Of a stretch of 64,000 nt of DNA, positions 1 through 10,941 are shown in pieces. The notes below the pieces were generated by a model. That model was not told the DNA's origin. It saw nothing but the letters and a program-made list of their open reading frames with translations, and ran no database searches. Every line of letters begins with the position of its first letter. Position 1 is the first letter of the stretch. Source of the stretch: Gemmatimonadales bacterium (GTDB lineage: Bacteria; Gemmatimonadota; Gemmatimonadetes; Gemmatimonadales; GWC2-71-9); contig JBBDYB010000005.1 of the NCBI GenBank assembly GCA_040901965.1, forward strand, positions 31,345 to 95,344. Direction: 5' to 3'. The position numbers were made by a program, and so were the translations under genes.

Positions 1-2
1 CC

Positions 3-1063
3 GACGGCGACGCGCTGCGGCGGGATGCCGCCCTGAACGGCGTGCGCGCGGAGCCCGTGGGAAGCGGGGCCGTCATCTCGATCCGCGGCGAGATCGAAGC
101 CAGCAACATGGACGCGGTGCCGCTCGAGAAGGCGCCCAAAGTCGCCGTGTACGCGCCCCCCAACGCCGCGCCGTGGGACGACGCCGTGACGATGGCGCTC
201 CAATACGCCGGCATTCCGTTCGCCAAGATCTGGGACCCCGAGGTGTTGAACGGCGGGCTGCGCGAGTACGACTGGCTGCACCTGCATCACGAGGACTTCA
301 CCGGCCAGTACTCGAAGTTCTTCCTCATTTATTCCGGGATGCCGTGGCTCGCCGATATGGTGCAGCGCAACAGCGAGACCGCCCGGCGCCTCGGCTTCCA
401 GACCGTGCCGGATCTGAAGAAGGCGGTCGCCCGGGGCATCCGCGGCTACGTGGAAAACGGCGGCTTTCTGTTCGCGATGTGCACGGCCACCGAGACGATT
501 GACCTCGCGCTCGCGGCGCGCGGCGTGGACATCGCCGCCACGTTCGCCGACGGCACGCCGCTCGATCCCGACGCCGATGCCAAGCTCGATTGGTCGCAAA
601 CTTTCGCGTTCACCGGCGGGCACCTCGAGCCGAATCCGCTGGTCGCGAGCTTCTCCGACATTGACGGCCACCAGGTGAACGGCGGCTCGCGCCGCCAGCC
701 GCTGGGCGCGTTCAAGCTGTTCAACTTCAGCGCCAAGATCGACCCGGTGCCCACGATGCTGGTGCAGGGCCACCGCCAGACGATCCCCGACTATTACGGC
801 CTGACGACCTCGTTCATGCGCACGCGCCTGAAACCCGGCGTCACCATCCTCGCGGAAGAGGAAGGCGCGCCCTGGACCAAGTACGTCCACGGCGACCTGG
901 GGAAGGGCACATGGACCTTCTTCGGCGGCCACGATCCCGAGGATCCCCAGCACCAGATCGGCGATCCGCCGACGGATCTGTCGCTGCATCCGCATTCGCC
1001 CGGCTACCGGCTGATCCTGAACAACGTCCTCTTTCCCGCGGCCAAGAAGCGCGAGCTGAAGAC

Positions 1064-1067
<4 letters not shown>
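3..1067 (+). CDS. conserved hypothetical protein, 5' end truncated by window edge (possible class-I glutamine-amidotransferase-like fold)
   Basis: The frame is open from nt 3, with no stop before the GTG at 42 used by the ORF track. Third-position GC is high. The stop TGA at 1065-1067 overlaps the GTG of the next gene. The fold guess rests only on a nucleophile-elbow-like 'GGFLFAMCTA' motif recalled from memory. Confidence 0.6.
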
Positions 1068-3595
<2,528 letters not shown>

Positions 3596-3601
3596 ATTCA
3601 A

Positions 3602-3784
3602 GTGTACTGGATCGTCGGGTCTTTCGACGTCAAGTGGCGGACGCGGGACGACTATAGGCGATTCAAGGAGACGTTCCGCGAGGAGTACCAGGCCCTCGAC
3701 GTGAAGTGCGCGGCGCTGACCGACTGGGAACACAAGATCGGCGATTTCGAGACGATGTCGGAGGAGAGCTTCAGTGGCGGGTAA
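3602..3784 (+). CDS. small hypothetical protein (60 aa)
   Basis: GTG start with strongly GC-biased third codon positions, like neighbouring genes. It overlaps the next gene start by 11 nt. I recognise no homology. Confidence 0.35.
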   Translation: MYWIVGSFDVKWRTRDDYRRFKETFREEYQALDVKCAALTDWEHKIGDFETMSEESFSGG

Positions 3785-4943
3785 CAGCAAACGGGTGACG
3801 CAGCTGCCCACGTATCCGATGGCGGAGCTGCCGGCGATCAAGCGCCGGCTCATCCAGCAGGGCGTGGACCTGATTGACGTCGGAGCGGGGGACGCCGACT
3901 TGCCGCCGCCGCGCGTCGCGGTCGAGACGCTCGCCCGGGCGGCGCAAGACCCGGCGATGAGCCGCTACGCCTTCCAGCTCGGGCTGCCGGCGTTCCGCGA
4001 AGCGGCGGCCGGCTACATGCAGCGCCGGTTTGGCCTGACGGTCGATCCGTTCACCGAGCTGCACCCGCTGCTGGGCTCCAAGGAAGGCCTCGCGCACCTC
4101 GCCGCCGCGGTCCTCGATCCCGCGGACACGGCCATCGTGCCGGTCCCCGGCTACGCCGTCTACCACGGCGGCACCGTGCTCGCCGATGGCGAGCCGTATC
4201 TCTACGACCTCACGCCGCGCACCGATTTCCTGCTCGAGATGGGCGAGATTCCCGGCGACGTGCGGAAGCGGGCGAAGCTCGTCTATTTGAACTATCCGAA
4301 CAATCCGACCGCCGCTGTCGCGCCGCGCGAGTATCTCGAGCGGACGGTCGCGGCATGCCGGCGACACGACATCCTGCTCGCGTACGACAATCCGTACTGT
4401 GAGATCACGTTCGACGGCTATGTCGCGCCCAGTATTTTCGAGATTCCCGGGGCGATGGACGTGGCGGTGGAGTTTCACTCGCTGTCAAAGAGCTTCTGCA
4501 TGACGGGGTGGCGGCTCGGCTGGGCGGTGGGACGCGCCGACCGGATCGCGGCGCTGGCCCGCGTCAAGAACTACGTGGACACGGGCGCGTTTCTGCCGGT
4601 CCAGGCGGCGGGAGCGGAAGTGCTGAAGCAGGCCGAGCGGCTCGCGGCCGGGTACGCGGCGCAGTTCAAGGAGCGGCGCGATGCGATTCTCCCGGCGCTG
4701 CGCGCCAACGGCTTCGAGGTCGAGTCGCCGCGGGCCACGATGTACCTGTGGGTGCCGCTGCCCGAGGGCCTGTCCTCGGCGGCATTCCAGAAGCGGGCGC
4801 TCGAGGACGTCGGCGTCGTGACGTTGCCGGGTAGCGCGTTCGGTACGGGGGCGGAGGGATTCTTCCGCATCGCGCTCACCGTTCCGATCCCCAGGCTCAT
4901 CGAAGCCACAGAGCGTCTGGGAAAGGTGCTCGCCGCTGTTTGA
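3774..4943 (+). CDS. PLP-dependent aminotransferase class I/II (LL-diaminopimelate aminotransferase-like)
   Basis: 'IDVGAGDADLPPP', 'NYPNNPT', and the PLP-lysine motif 'SLSKSFCMTGWRLGW'. Confidence 0.8.
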   Translation: MAGNSKRVTQLPTYPMAELPAIKRRLIQQGVDLIDVGAGDADLPPPRVAVETLARAAQDPAMSRYAFQLGLPAFREAAAGYMQRRFGLTVDPFTELHPLLGSKEGLAHLAAAVLDPADTAIVPVPGYAVYHGGTVLADGEPYLYDLTPRTDFLLEMGEIPGDVRKRAKLVYLNYPNNPTAAVAPREYLERTVAACRRHDILLAYDNPYCEITFDGYVAPSIFEIPGAMDVAVEFHSLSKSFCMTGWRLGWAVGRADRIAALARVKNYVDTGAFLPVQAAGAEVLKQAERLAAGYAAQFKERRDAILPALRANGFEVESPRATMYLWVPLPEGLSSAAFQKRALEDVGVVTLPGSAFGTGAEGFFRIALTVPIPRLIEATERLGKVLAAV

Positions 4944-5004
4944 CCGCCAGGTTCCGCGCCTCTCGGTCGGCCGCGCGTGGCTGATCACCGCGGCGATCCA
5001 CGTC

Positions 5005-5766
5005 GTGGCGGTCATCCTCGCGCTCACGGTGCCCTGGCAGGCGCCGCGCCGCCAGGCGGAGTACGTCGTGCTCCAGCCGCTGGAAATCGGCGACACGCTG
5101 CAATTCGTGCCGGGGACACGTGAGCTCCGCGCGAAAGGTCCGACGATCGCCTCGACACGTCGCGAGCCCGCGGCGCCCCCTGCGGCCCCTGCGCCGCCCG
5201 TCGCCGCTGCGCTGCCCGACACGGGCGTTACCCTCCCGGCGTACGATCCCAACGCGAGCCGGATCGCCCCGGCGCCGCAGGTGGGCGACGGGCGCCTGTG
5301 GGTGAGCCCGCGCCCGCCGCTCCCGGCGTCGGTCGCTGACGCGCTGTACGGCGACACCACGGGTCGGGGCGCCCAGGCGGTCGAGCGGCTGCGCGTCATG
5401 GTGGATTCGCTCAACCAGGTGTTGGACCTGATGCAACGCGAGCGGCAGCGGCCGTCGTGGACCGTCGGCGGCGAGGGGACGCCGAAGTTCGGCATCGACT
5501 CGCAATACATCCACGTCGCCGGGATCAAGATCCCCACGCTGGCGCTGGCGCTGCTCGGCAACCTGCTCCCGCAGGGCAACTTCGACGAGAGCATGCGAGC
5601 GCGGCAGTTGAATGACATGCGTGCCGATCTGTTGCGGGCCGCGGACCGCGCCCAATCCTTCCAGGATTTCCGGCGGTACGTGCGCGAGCTCAGGCAGCGG
5701 AAGCAAGCCGAGCGCGACGCCGAGCAGCGGCGCCGGGCGCAGGATACGACCGGAGTGATCCCCTAG
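5005..5766 (+). CDS. hypothetical membrane-anchored protein (start uncertain; possible CTG start at 4936)
   Basis: The frame is open upstream and encodes 'FDRQVPRLSVGRAWLITAAIHVVAVILALTV'. This TM helix would be cut by the first canonical start (GTG 5005). CTG 4936 is preceded by GGGAAAGG. The C-terminal half is charged and coiled-coil-like. Confidence 0.55.
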   Translation: MAVILALTVPWQAPRRQAEYVVLQPLEIGDTLQFVPGTRELRAKGPTIASTRREPAAPPAAPAPPVAAALPDTGVTLPAYDPNASRIAPAPQVGDGRLWVSPRPPLPASVADALYGDTTGRGAQAVERLRVMVDSLNQVLDLMQRERQRPSWTVGGEGTPKFGIDSQYIHVAGIKIPTLALALLGNLLPQGNFDESMRARQLNDMRADLLRAADRAQSFQDFRRYVRELRQRKQAERDAEQRRRAQDTTGVIP

Positions 5767-5770
5767 ATAC

Positions 5771-5798
5771 AAAAACGGGGGAGCCGACCGGCTCCCCC
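5771..5798 (-). terminator. rho-independent terminator downstream of the CHRD gene
   Basis: Stem GGGGGAGCC/GGCTCCCCC with loop GACC (5777-5798). On the minus strand it is followed by GTTTTTGT. It lies between convergent genes. Confidence 0.65.
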
Positions 5799-5821
5799 AC
5801 CTAGGACGTCCTCCTACCAGC

Positions 5822-6322
5822 CTACTGCTTAACGAGCTGTCCCCGAATCTCGCCCGCCGGATAGTCGCCTGCGGGGCCCGCAGGATCGGCTCCACCCACT
5901 CCGTCGCTCGTGTGGATGTTCACGTACGTATTCCCGGCGCGCATGTGAGTGAGCACCGAATCGACCACCACCAACGAGCCAAGCGCGATGGTCGTGGTCG
6001 TGGGATAGTCGCCAGCCGTGGGTGCGAGGTCCACCATCACGCCCCCCGCTACGCCCGCGGCGCCGAAGTGAATGTGTCCAATGATGACATTCTCGATTCC
6101 TGTCACCTCCACTCTCCAGCTCACCAGGTTGTCCATGACTGTGATCGTCGCTGCACCCGTCGCGGTGGTCGGCGATACGAGCGCGGGGACTTCGTTCGCG
6201 CCGTTCAGCGTCGCGGTAAAGACCTCGAGGCCCTCGGGAATGGCGGTGGTGATGTCGTCCCCGCACGCGACGCCCACCAGGGCGACGGCGGCCAGGACGG
6301 TGAACACGCGCGGTGCGCGCAT
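5822..6322 (-). CDS. CHRD domain lipoprotein
   Basis: The internal ATG at 6322 is preceded by AAGGAGG. Signal peptide and lipobox 'LVGVAC'. CHRD motifs 'LNGANEVP', 'GHIHFGAAGVAGG', 'YVNIHT...PAGEIRGQL'. Confidence 0.85.
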   Translation of the reverse strand: MRAPRVFTVLAAVALVGVACGDDITTAIPEGLEVFTATLNGANEVPALVSPTTATGAATITVMDNLVSWRVEVTGIENVIIGHIHFGAAGVAGGVMVDLAPTAGDYPTTTTIALGSLVVVDSVLTHMRAGNTYVNIHTSDGVGGADPAGPAGDYPAGEIRGQLVKQ

Positions 6323-6408
6323 AAAGACCTCCTTGGACTGCTTCCTTCTGATTGAACCGCACGAAGCTTCGGGAATCCGGCTCGGCCCTCCTTTTGGACG
6401 GCTAAAGG

Positions 6409-6816
6409 TTATTGAACGACGATTTGCCCCACCATGCCAAGCAACCTGTGCGGCGTGCAGTGATACGGGAACGCTCCCGCTGCGGGGAAGCGGTGCGAGA
6501 AGCGCAGGCCGACCGCAAACTCCCCCGAGTCCCACGCCGGTGTGTCGGACGTCGTCGTGTGAGGCTCGGTCCCCGCCGGCTCGCAGTTGACCCACGTCAC
6601 CGTCGCGCCCACGGGCACCGTGATGGTGTCGCGGACGAACTTGAAGTCCCGCATCGCGACGATCACGTGCAGCGAATCGATGACCGTGACCGGCACGCGG
6701 CACTCGGCGGCCCCCTCCACTCCGGGGCCCGCGCCCCGCTCCGAGAAGCAGGCCGCGGCCGCTGCGGCGGCGGCGCACCCAACCACGAGGAACAGAGCCC
6801 TACGAGATAGGGTCAT
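6409..6816 (-). CDS. cupredoxin (plastocyanin/azurin-family blue copper protein), lipoprotein
   Basis: Cu ligands are in 'EPHTT' and 'YHCTPHRLLGM'. The signal peptide carries Cys. A GAGG SD lies upstream. There is a 2-nt gap to the upstream gene. Confidence 0.85.
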   Translation of the reverse strand: MTLSRRALFLVVGCAAAAAAAACFSERGAGPGVEGAAECRVPVTVIDSLHVIVAMRDFKFVRDTITVPVGATVTWVNCEPAGTEPHTTTSDTPAWDSGEFAVGLRFSHRFPAAGAFPYHCTPHRLLGMVGQIVVQ

Positions 6817-6818
6817 GG

Positions 6819-7874
6819 TTACCTCACGACGAGGACACCCTTCATGAACGGGTGCGGCGTGCAGTGGAAGGAGTAGTCGCCCGCAGTGGCGAACGTGTGG
6901 TGCCAGGTCGCGCCGGGCTCGATCGGTCCCGAGTCCCAGGAGCCGTCGTCGGCGGTGACGGTGTGCACGACCATGTCGGTGTTCGTCCAGCGGATCGTGG
7001 CGCCCGCCGCGATCTCGATACGATTTGGCGCGAACGCCATGCCACGGATCCCGGCAGGCCTGGCGTTCGCCGACGCATCACCCACGGCGCCATCTCGCGC
7101 CGTCTCCCGCCGTTTCCCGAAGTAGCGGCTCAGCGTAAAGGGAATCGTGAACTCGAATCCGCCACGTACGCGGTCAATGCCGCGCGACGAGCCCTGGAGC
7201 GTCGCGGTGTTCGTGTTCGTCACCTGCAGCGAGAACGTGTGCGGGGAGTAGGGAATGGCGAGGTGCAGCCCCGCGCCCCAGGCCAGCTCTTCGGTCGGCC
7301 GGCGGTCGAGGAGCGTAGTCGCGTCGCCGGCGATGGCGAACCAGCGGCTCAAGCGCAGCGTCACGCCGCCGCCGACCGCGTAGCGCGTCGTGTCGCTTGC
7401 GTAGCCGTTCGAAAGCACCCGGCCGACGCCCATCAACCGGAGCGCCCCCACCCGCCGCCCCACGGTCAACTCGCCGTCACCACTCCGCGCTGCCTGGTTG
7501 TAGCCGACCTGGGCGGCCACATCCAGCGGCCCCACCGCTGGCGCGTACCGAGCGAACCCTTCCCACTCGTTCGGAAACGCCGATGCGACGTCGGAGGAGG
7601 TGGCGTAGTTGAAGCCGATGAGAAATGGAATGGGAAGCCGGTAGGCGAGGAGGAAGGTGGGAGAGTTGGTGACTTTGCGCAGCGGGGCACTGCTGACGCC
7701 AAAGCGGTGCACGAAGTTGAACTGCAGCGTCCCACCCGGGCCCAACCAGCCGCCCGACAAGTTGGGCGGCCGCTCCAGCAGGGACTGGCTCTGCGCTACG
7801 CCGGAGAGGCCGGCGAGGGCGACTGCAGCGACAACAGCGGCGACGGCACCTGCGGACGGACGAAATTGGGGCAT
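6819..7874 (-). CDS. secreted beta-barrel-like (DUF5777-like) domain fused to C-terminal cupredoxin
   Basis: It has a signal peptide. The N-terminal ~250 aa has alternating beta-strand character with 'FNFVHRFG'. The C-terminal 'IRWTNTDMVVHTV...YSFHCTPHPFMKG' is a type-1 Cu site. Confidence 0.75.
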   Translation of the reverse strand: MPQFRPSAGAVAAVVAAVALAGLSGVAQSQSLLERPPNLSGGWLGPGGTLQFNFVHRFGVSSAPLRKVTNSPTFLLAYRLPIPFLIGFNYATSSDVASAFPNEWEGFARYAPAVGPLDVAAQVGYNQAARSGDGELTVGRRVGALRLMGVGRVLSNGYASDTTRYAVGGGVTLRLSRWFAIAGDATTLLDRRPTEELAWGAGLHLAIPYSPHTFSLQVTNTNTATLQGSSRGIDRVRGGFEFTIPFTLSRYFGKRRETARDGAVGDASANARPAGIRGMAFAPNRIEIAAGATIRWTNTDMVVHTVTADDGSWDSGPIEPGATWHHTFATAGDYSFHCTPHPFMKGVLVVR

Positions 7875-7887
7875 GCAGCGGGTCTCC

Positions 7888-9174
7888 TCATGTTAAGGCT
7901 GCGGCCTCGAGGCGGCTTAGCGCCGCCTCTTTCCCAACGACATACAGCAGCTCGTTCACGGGTTCGGATACCGTCCCCCCGGTTAGCGCAATCCGGATCG
8001 GCTGAAAGATCTTCCCGGCAGCTACATTGCGCTGCTCCGCGAGATCCCGCAACACCGCCTCGAGATTCTCCGGCGACCACTCGGCGTTCTTGAGTGCGAC
8101 GACGCTCGCGGCGAGCGAGGCGTGATACCCCGCGGGATCCTTGGCGATTTCCTTCTGCGCCTTCTCATCGAGCGCCACGAACTTGGCGTCCAACCGGACC
8201 GCCACCTGCCGGGCCACGTCCAGCGTGGTGCGAGAGCGCGTTTTCACCGCGGCTATCGCCTTGAGAATGGCGGCCTTGTTGCCGTCCACACCGAGTTTCG
8301 CCAGCTGCTCCGACACGAGGGGATAGAGCTCTTCGGCCGACTTGGCCGAAAGGTACTGCCCGTTCATCCACTCGAGCTTCGTCGTGTCGAAGATCGCGGG
8401 TTTCTTCTGGATGCCGTCGAACGAGAACAACGCGATCATCTCGTCCAGCGTCATGATCTCGCGGTCGCCGCCGGGACTCCACCCAAGCAACGCGAGAAAG
8501 TTGCGCATCGCCTCTGGGAGAATCCCTAGGTGCTGGTAGTCGCCCACCGCGGTGGCGCCGTGGCGTTTGGAGAGCTTCTTGCCGTCGGGCCCGTGGATCA
8601 TGGGCACGTGACCGAACACGGGCAGCGCCGCGCCCAGGGCGCGATAGGCGGCGATCTGCTTGGGCGTGTTGGAGATGTGGTCGTCGCCGCGCAGGACGTG
8701 CGTGATCTGCATGTCGATGTCGTCCACGACGACGGCGAAGTTGTAGAGCGGCGAGCGGTCGGGGGGGGAGCGCAGGATCACGAAGTCCCGGATGTCCTCG
8801 CCCTGAAAGCTGATGCGGCCGTGCACGGCGTCGTCCCAGGCGATTTCGCCGGGCGGCACGCGCAGCCGGATCGCGTCCTCTTCCATGTAGGCTTTGCCGT
8901 CGGCGAGGAGCTTATCGGCGACTTCCTGGTGGCGGGCGACGCGGGCGCCCTGAAAGACGGGCGACTCGTCCCAGTCGAGGCCGAGCCATTTCAGGCCGTC
9001 GAGAATGACCTGGGTGTGCTCGTCGGTGGAGCGGGCCTTGTCGGTGTCCTCGATGCGCAGCAGGAACTTCGCGCCTGCCCGGCGGGCGAAGAGCCAGTTG
9101 AAGAGGGCCGTGCGGGCGCCGCCGACGTGCAGGTAACCGGTAGGAGATGGTGCGAAGCGGACGCGGATGGTCAT
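7888..9174 (-). CDS. gltX: glutamate--tRNA ligase
   Basis: 'RFAPSPTGYLHVGGARTALFNW' (HIGH-type motif), 'KLSKRHG' (KMSKS-type motif), 'RIEDTD'. Confidence 0.93.
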   Translation of the reverse strand: MTIRVRFAPSPTGYLHVGGARTALFNWLFARRAGAKFLLRIEDTDKARSTDEHTQVILDGLKWLGLDWDESPVFQGARVARHQEVADKLLADGKAYMEEDAIRLRVPPGEIAWDDAVHGRISFQGEDIRDFVILRSPPDRSPLYNFAVVVDDIDMQITHVLRGDDHISNTPKQIAAYRALGAALPVFGHVPMIHGPDGKKLSKRHGATAVGDYQHLGILPEAMRNFLALLGWSPGGDREIMTLDEMIALFSFDGIQKKPAIFDTTKLEWMNGQYLSAKSAEELYPLVSEQLAKLGVDGNKAAILKAIAAVKTRSRTTLDVARQVAVRLDAKFVALDEKAQKEIAKDPAGYHASLAASVVALKNAEWSPENLEAVLRDLAEQRNVAAGKIFQPIRIALTGGTVSEPVNELLYVVGKEAALSRLEAAALT

Positions 9175-9254
9175 TTGAGTTGTCAGTTATCGGTCGTCAG
9201 TATGTGCAAATGCGCCTCTGAGAACTGATGACCGACGACTGACGACGGTGTCAA

Positions 9255-9345
9255 CGGAGAGGGGGGGATTCGAACCCCCGATAGGGTTTTAAAGCCCTAT
9301 AACGGTTTAGCAAACCGCCGCCTTCAGCCACTCGGCCACCTCTCC
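9255..9345 (-). tRNA. tRNA-Ser (anticodon GCU)
   Basis: The reverse complement folds as a cloverleaf. The acceptor stem is GGAGAGG/CCTCTCC. The anticodon loop is TTGCTAA. The long variable arm is ATAGGG..CCCTAT. The T-arm is GGGGGTTCGAATCCCCC. No CCA is encoded. Confidence 0.92.
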
Positions 9346-9690
9346 CTACGTTGCATCGCTTGCAGCGCCTGAACTTAGCGGAGCCACAGCAGCAGCGGTA
9401 CCCTCCGGTTTTGCCGTAGTTTGGCCGTTGAAGCGGCGCGCGACGGCATCGGCCAGGTCGGCGTCGTCGACGATGTTGTACCGGTCGAACATGGCCCGCG
9501 TCTTCCATCCGCACAGCGCCATGATCGTGCCCTCGTTTACACCGGCCGCGCGAAAGTCCCGCGCCGCGGTGCGCCGCAGGTCGTGCACGATGCGCCCTTC
9601 GCATCCTGCGCGCTTCGTGGCCCGCTGCCAGTGATGCAGCAGCGTCGTATACCCGAGGCGCTTGCCGCGCCGCGGACCCCTCTCATTCAA
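9346..9690 (-). pseudogene. tyrosine recombinase/integrase, C-terminal fragment only
   Basis: 'HDLRRTAARDF...GWKTRAMFDRYN' carries the HxxR and catalytic Tyr region. About 250 N-terminal residues of a normal integrase are absent. It abuts tRNA-Ser. Confidence 0.7.
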
Positions 9691-9903
9691 ACTGACCCAC
9701 TACCTCAAGGTGCGACATGACGTGTAGGGGCTCGCGCGCCCTCGGGCGTCTGACTATGCGGCGGGGGATAAGACGGCGTGCGAATCCTGTTCGGCGCTGA
9801 TCGGAGTGTGACGGCCACTTCGGCCCGCCAACCAAACCCCGGGGAGTTGTCGGCCCCGGGTTTTGGTCTTGACATTAACCGCTTCGCGGGATTACGTACG
9901 GGC

Positions 9904-9981
9904 ATGCAACGCGTCGCACGTCACCACCGGCATCATCATCGCCACCCGTTCGGGGGGCCGCCGGAGGTGTGCGCAAGCTAG
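9904..9981 (+). CDS. hisL: candidate his operon leader peptide (25 aa, MQRVARHHRHHHRHPFGGPPEVCAS)
   Basis: Six His codons fall within 8 consecutive codons (9922-9945). It lies between a TTGACA hexamer (9869-9874) and a terminator immediately upstream of hisG. Confidence 0.6.
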   Translation: MQRVARHHRHHHRHPFGGPPEVCAS

Positions 9982-10016
9982 TCTCTACCAGCACGAGACC
10001 TTGAGTCCATCGCCGA

Positions 10017-10045
10017 CGCCGGCCCCTAGGGCCGGCGTTTTTTTT
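10017..10045 (+). terminator. intrinsic terminator (candidate his attenuator)
   Basis: Stem CGCCGGCCC/GGGCCGGCG with a short loop, followed by T8 (10038-10045). It lies about 35 nt upstream of the hisG ATG. Confidence 0.8.
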
Positions 10046-10080
10046 GGTTGCGCACCACGACCACACCGGAGCAGCCCAAG

Positions 10081-10941
10081 ATGTGCCCACAACTCGACTC
10101 GACCCGCGTCTTGCGACTCGGCCTCCCGAAAGGCCGCATGGAAGCTGGCGTCCTCACTCTTCTCGCGGACGCCGGCATCCACGTGCGCCCGGGCGCACGC
10201 GGCTACCGCCCGGAGGTTTCGCTCCCTGAGACCGAAGCGAAGCTGCTCAAGCCGCAGAACGTCGTGGAGATGCTGGCCGCGGGGAGTCGCGACGTCGGAT
10301 TCGCAGGCGCGGACTGGGTTGCTGAGCTTGACTTCGCGGTGATCGAGTTGCTCGACACGGAGCTCGATCCGGTGCAGATCGTCGCGGCCGCGCCCGGCCC
10401 GCTCCCCGACCGGCGTATCGTCGTCGCATCGGAATACGAGCGCCTAACACGCGCTTGGATCGCGCGCCGCGGCCTCGCCGCCGACTTCGTTCGCTCTTAC
10501 GGCGCGACCGAGGTTTTTCCACCGGAAGACGCGGACGTCATCGTCGACAACACCGCCACGGGCGCGACCCTCGCGGCGAATGGCCTCCGCGTACTGGACG
10601 TCCTGATGCGCTCCTCGACCCGGCTGTACGCCAACCCGCGCGCGCTCGAATCCCCGGAGCGCCGTCGCCGGGTGGAGGATCTGGTCCTGCTGCTCCGCTC
10701 CGTGCTCGACGCGCGCCGGCGGGTGATGCTCGAGGTCAACGCGTCCGCCGATTGTCTGGACGCGGTCGTGGCGGCGCTGCCCGCGATGCGCCAGGCGACC
10801 GTGTCGCCGCTGTTCGGCAACGGGGGCTACGCGGTGAAAGCGGCGGTGCCGCGCGACCTCCTCCCCCTCGTGATTCCCGCGGTGAAGGCGGCGGGGGGGA
10901 CGGATGTCGTGGTCTCGCGTCTGGCCCAGATCGTACCATGA
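10081..10941 (+). CDS. hisG: ATP phosphoribosyltransferase (long form)
   Basis: 'LRLGLPKGRMEAG', 'LKPQNVVEMLAAGSRDVGFAGADWV'. ATG 10081 has GGAG 9 nt upstream. The track start at 10048 lies in the terminator tail. Confidence 0.88.
   Translation: MCPQLDSTRVLRLGLPKGRMEAGVLTLLADAGIHVRPGARGYRPEVSLPETEAKLLKPQNVVEMLAAGSRDVGFAGADWVAELDFAVIELLDTELDPVQIVAAAPGPLPDRRIVVASEYERLTRAWIARRGLAADFVRSYGATEVFPPEDADVIVDNTATGATLAANGLRVLDVLMRSSTRLYANPRALESPERRRRVEDLVLLLRSVLDARRRVMLEVNASADCLDAVVAALPAMRQATVSPLFGNGGYAVKAAVPRDLLPLVIPAVKAAGGTDVVVSRLAQIVP

Noticed and set aside
7888-9174. A 428-aa GluRS, shorter than the ~470-490 aa I expect, as a possible truncated or paralogous (GluQRS-like) enzyme.
   Set aside because: The catalytic HIGH/KMSKS regions and a substantial C-terminal anticodon-binding portion are present. 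The length difference is within what I cannot judge without alignment.
9812-9835. GGCCACTTCGGCC resembling the tRNA-Ser segment GCCACTCGGCC, as a possible att direct repeat.
   Set aside because: The match is only ~11 nt with an indel and is itself a small palindrome. That is too weak to call an attachment-site duplication without a search.
9831-9867. The hairpin ACCAAACCCCGGGG...CCCCGGGTTTTGGT with a T-run, as a functional terminator.
   Set aside because: No plus-strand gene lies upstream for it to terminate. The CCCCGGGG core is self-palindromic, so the fold is ambiguous. It is most simply a relic of the decayed integrative element.
10455-10937. Long N-terminal extensions offered by the ORF track. 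Examples are hisC from 10455, hisB from 12281, hisHF from 12678, hisA-IE from 14180, CHRD from 6778, plug-like from 18087, Ig-lipoprotein from 34582, MFP from 23191, LOX from 60537 and thiolase from 38802.
   Set aside because: The extensions overlap the preceding well-supported gene in another frame and are Arg/Pro-rich. Conserved N-termini, signal peptides or SD sequences mark internal starts, often as ATGA/GTGA overlaps.
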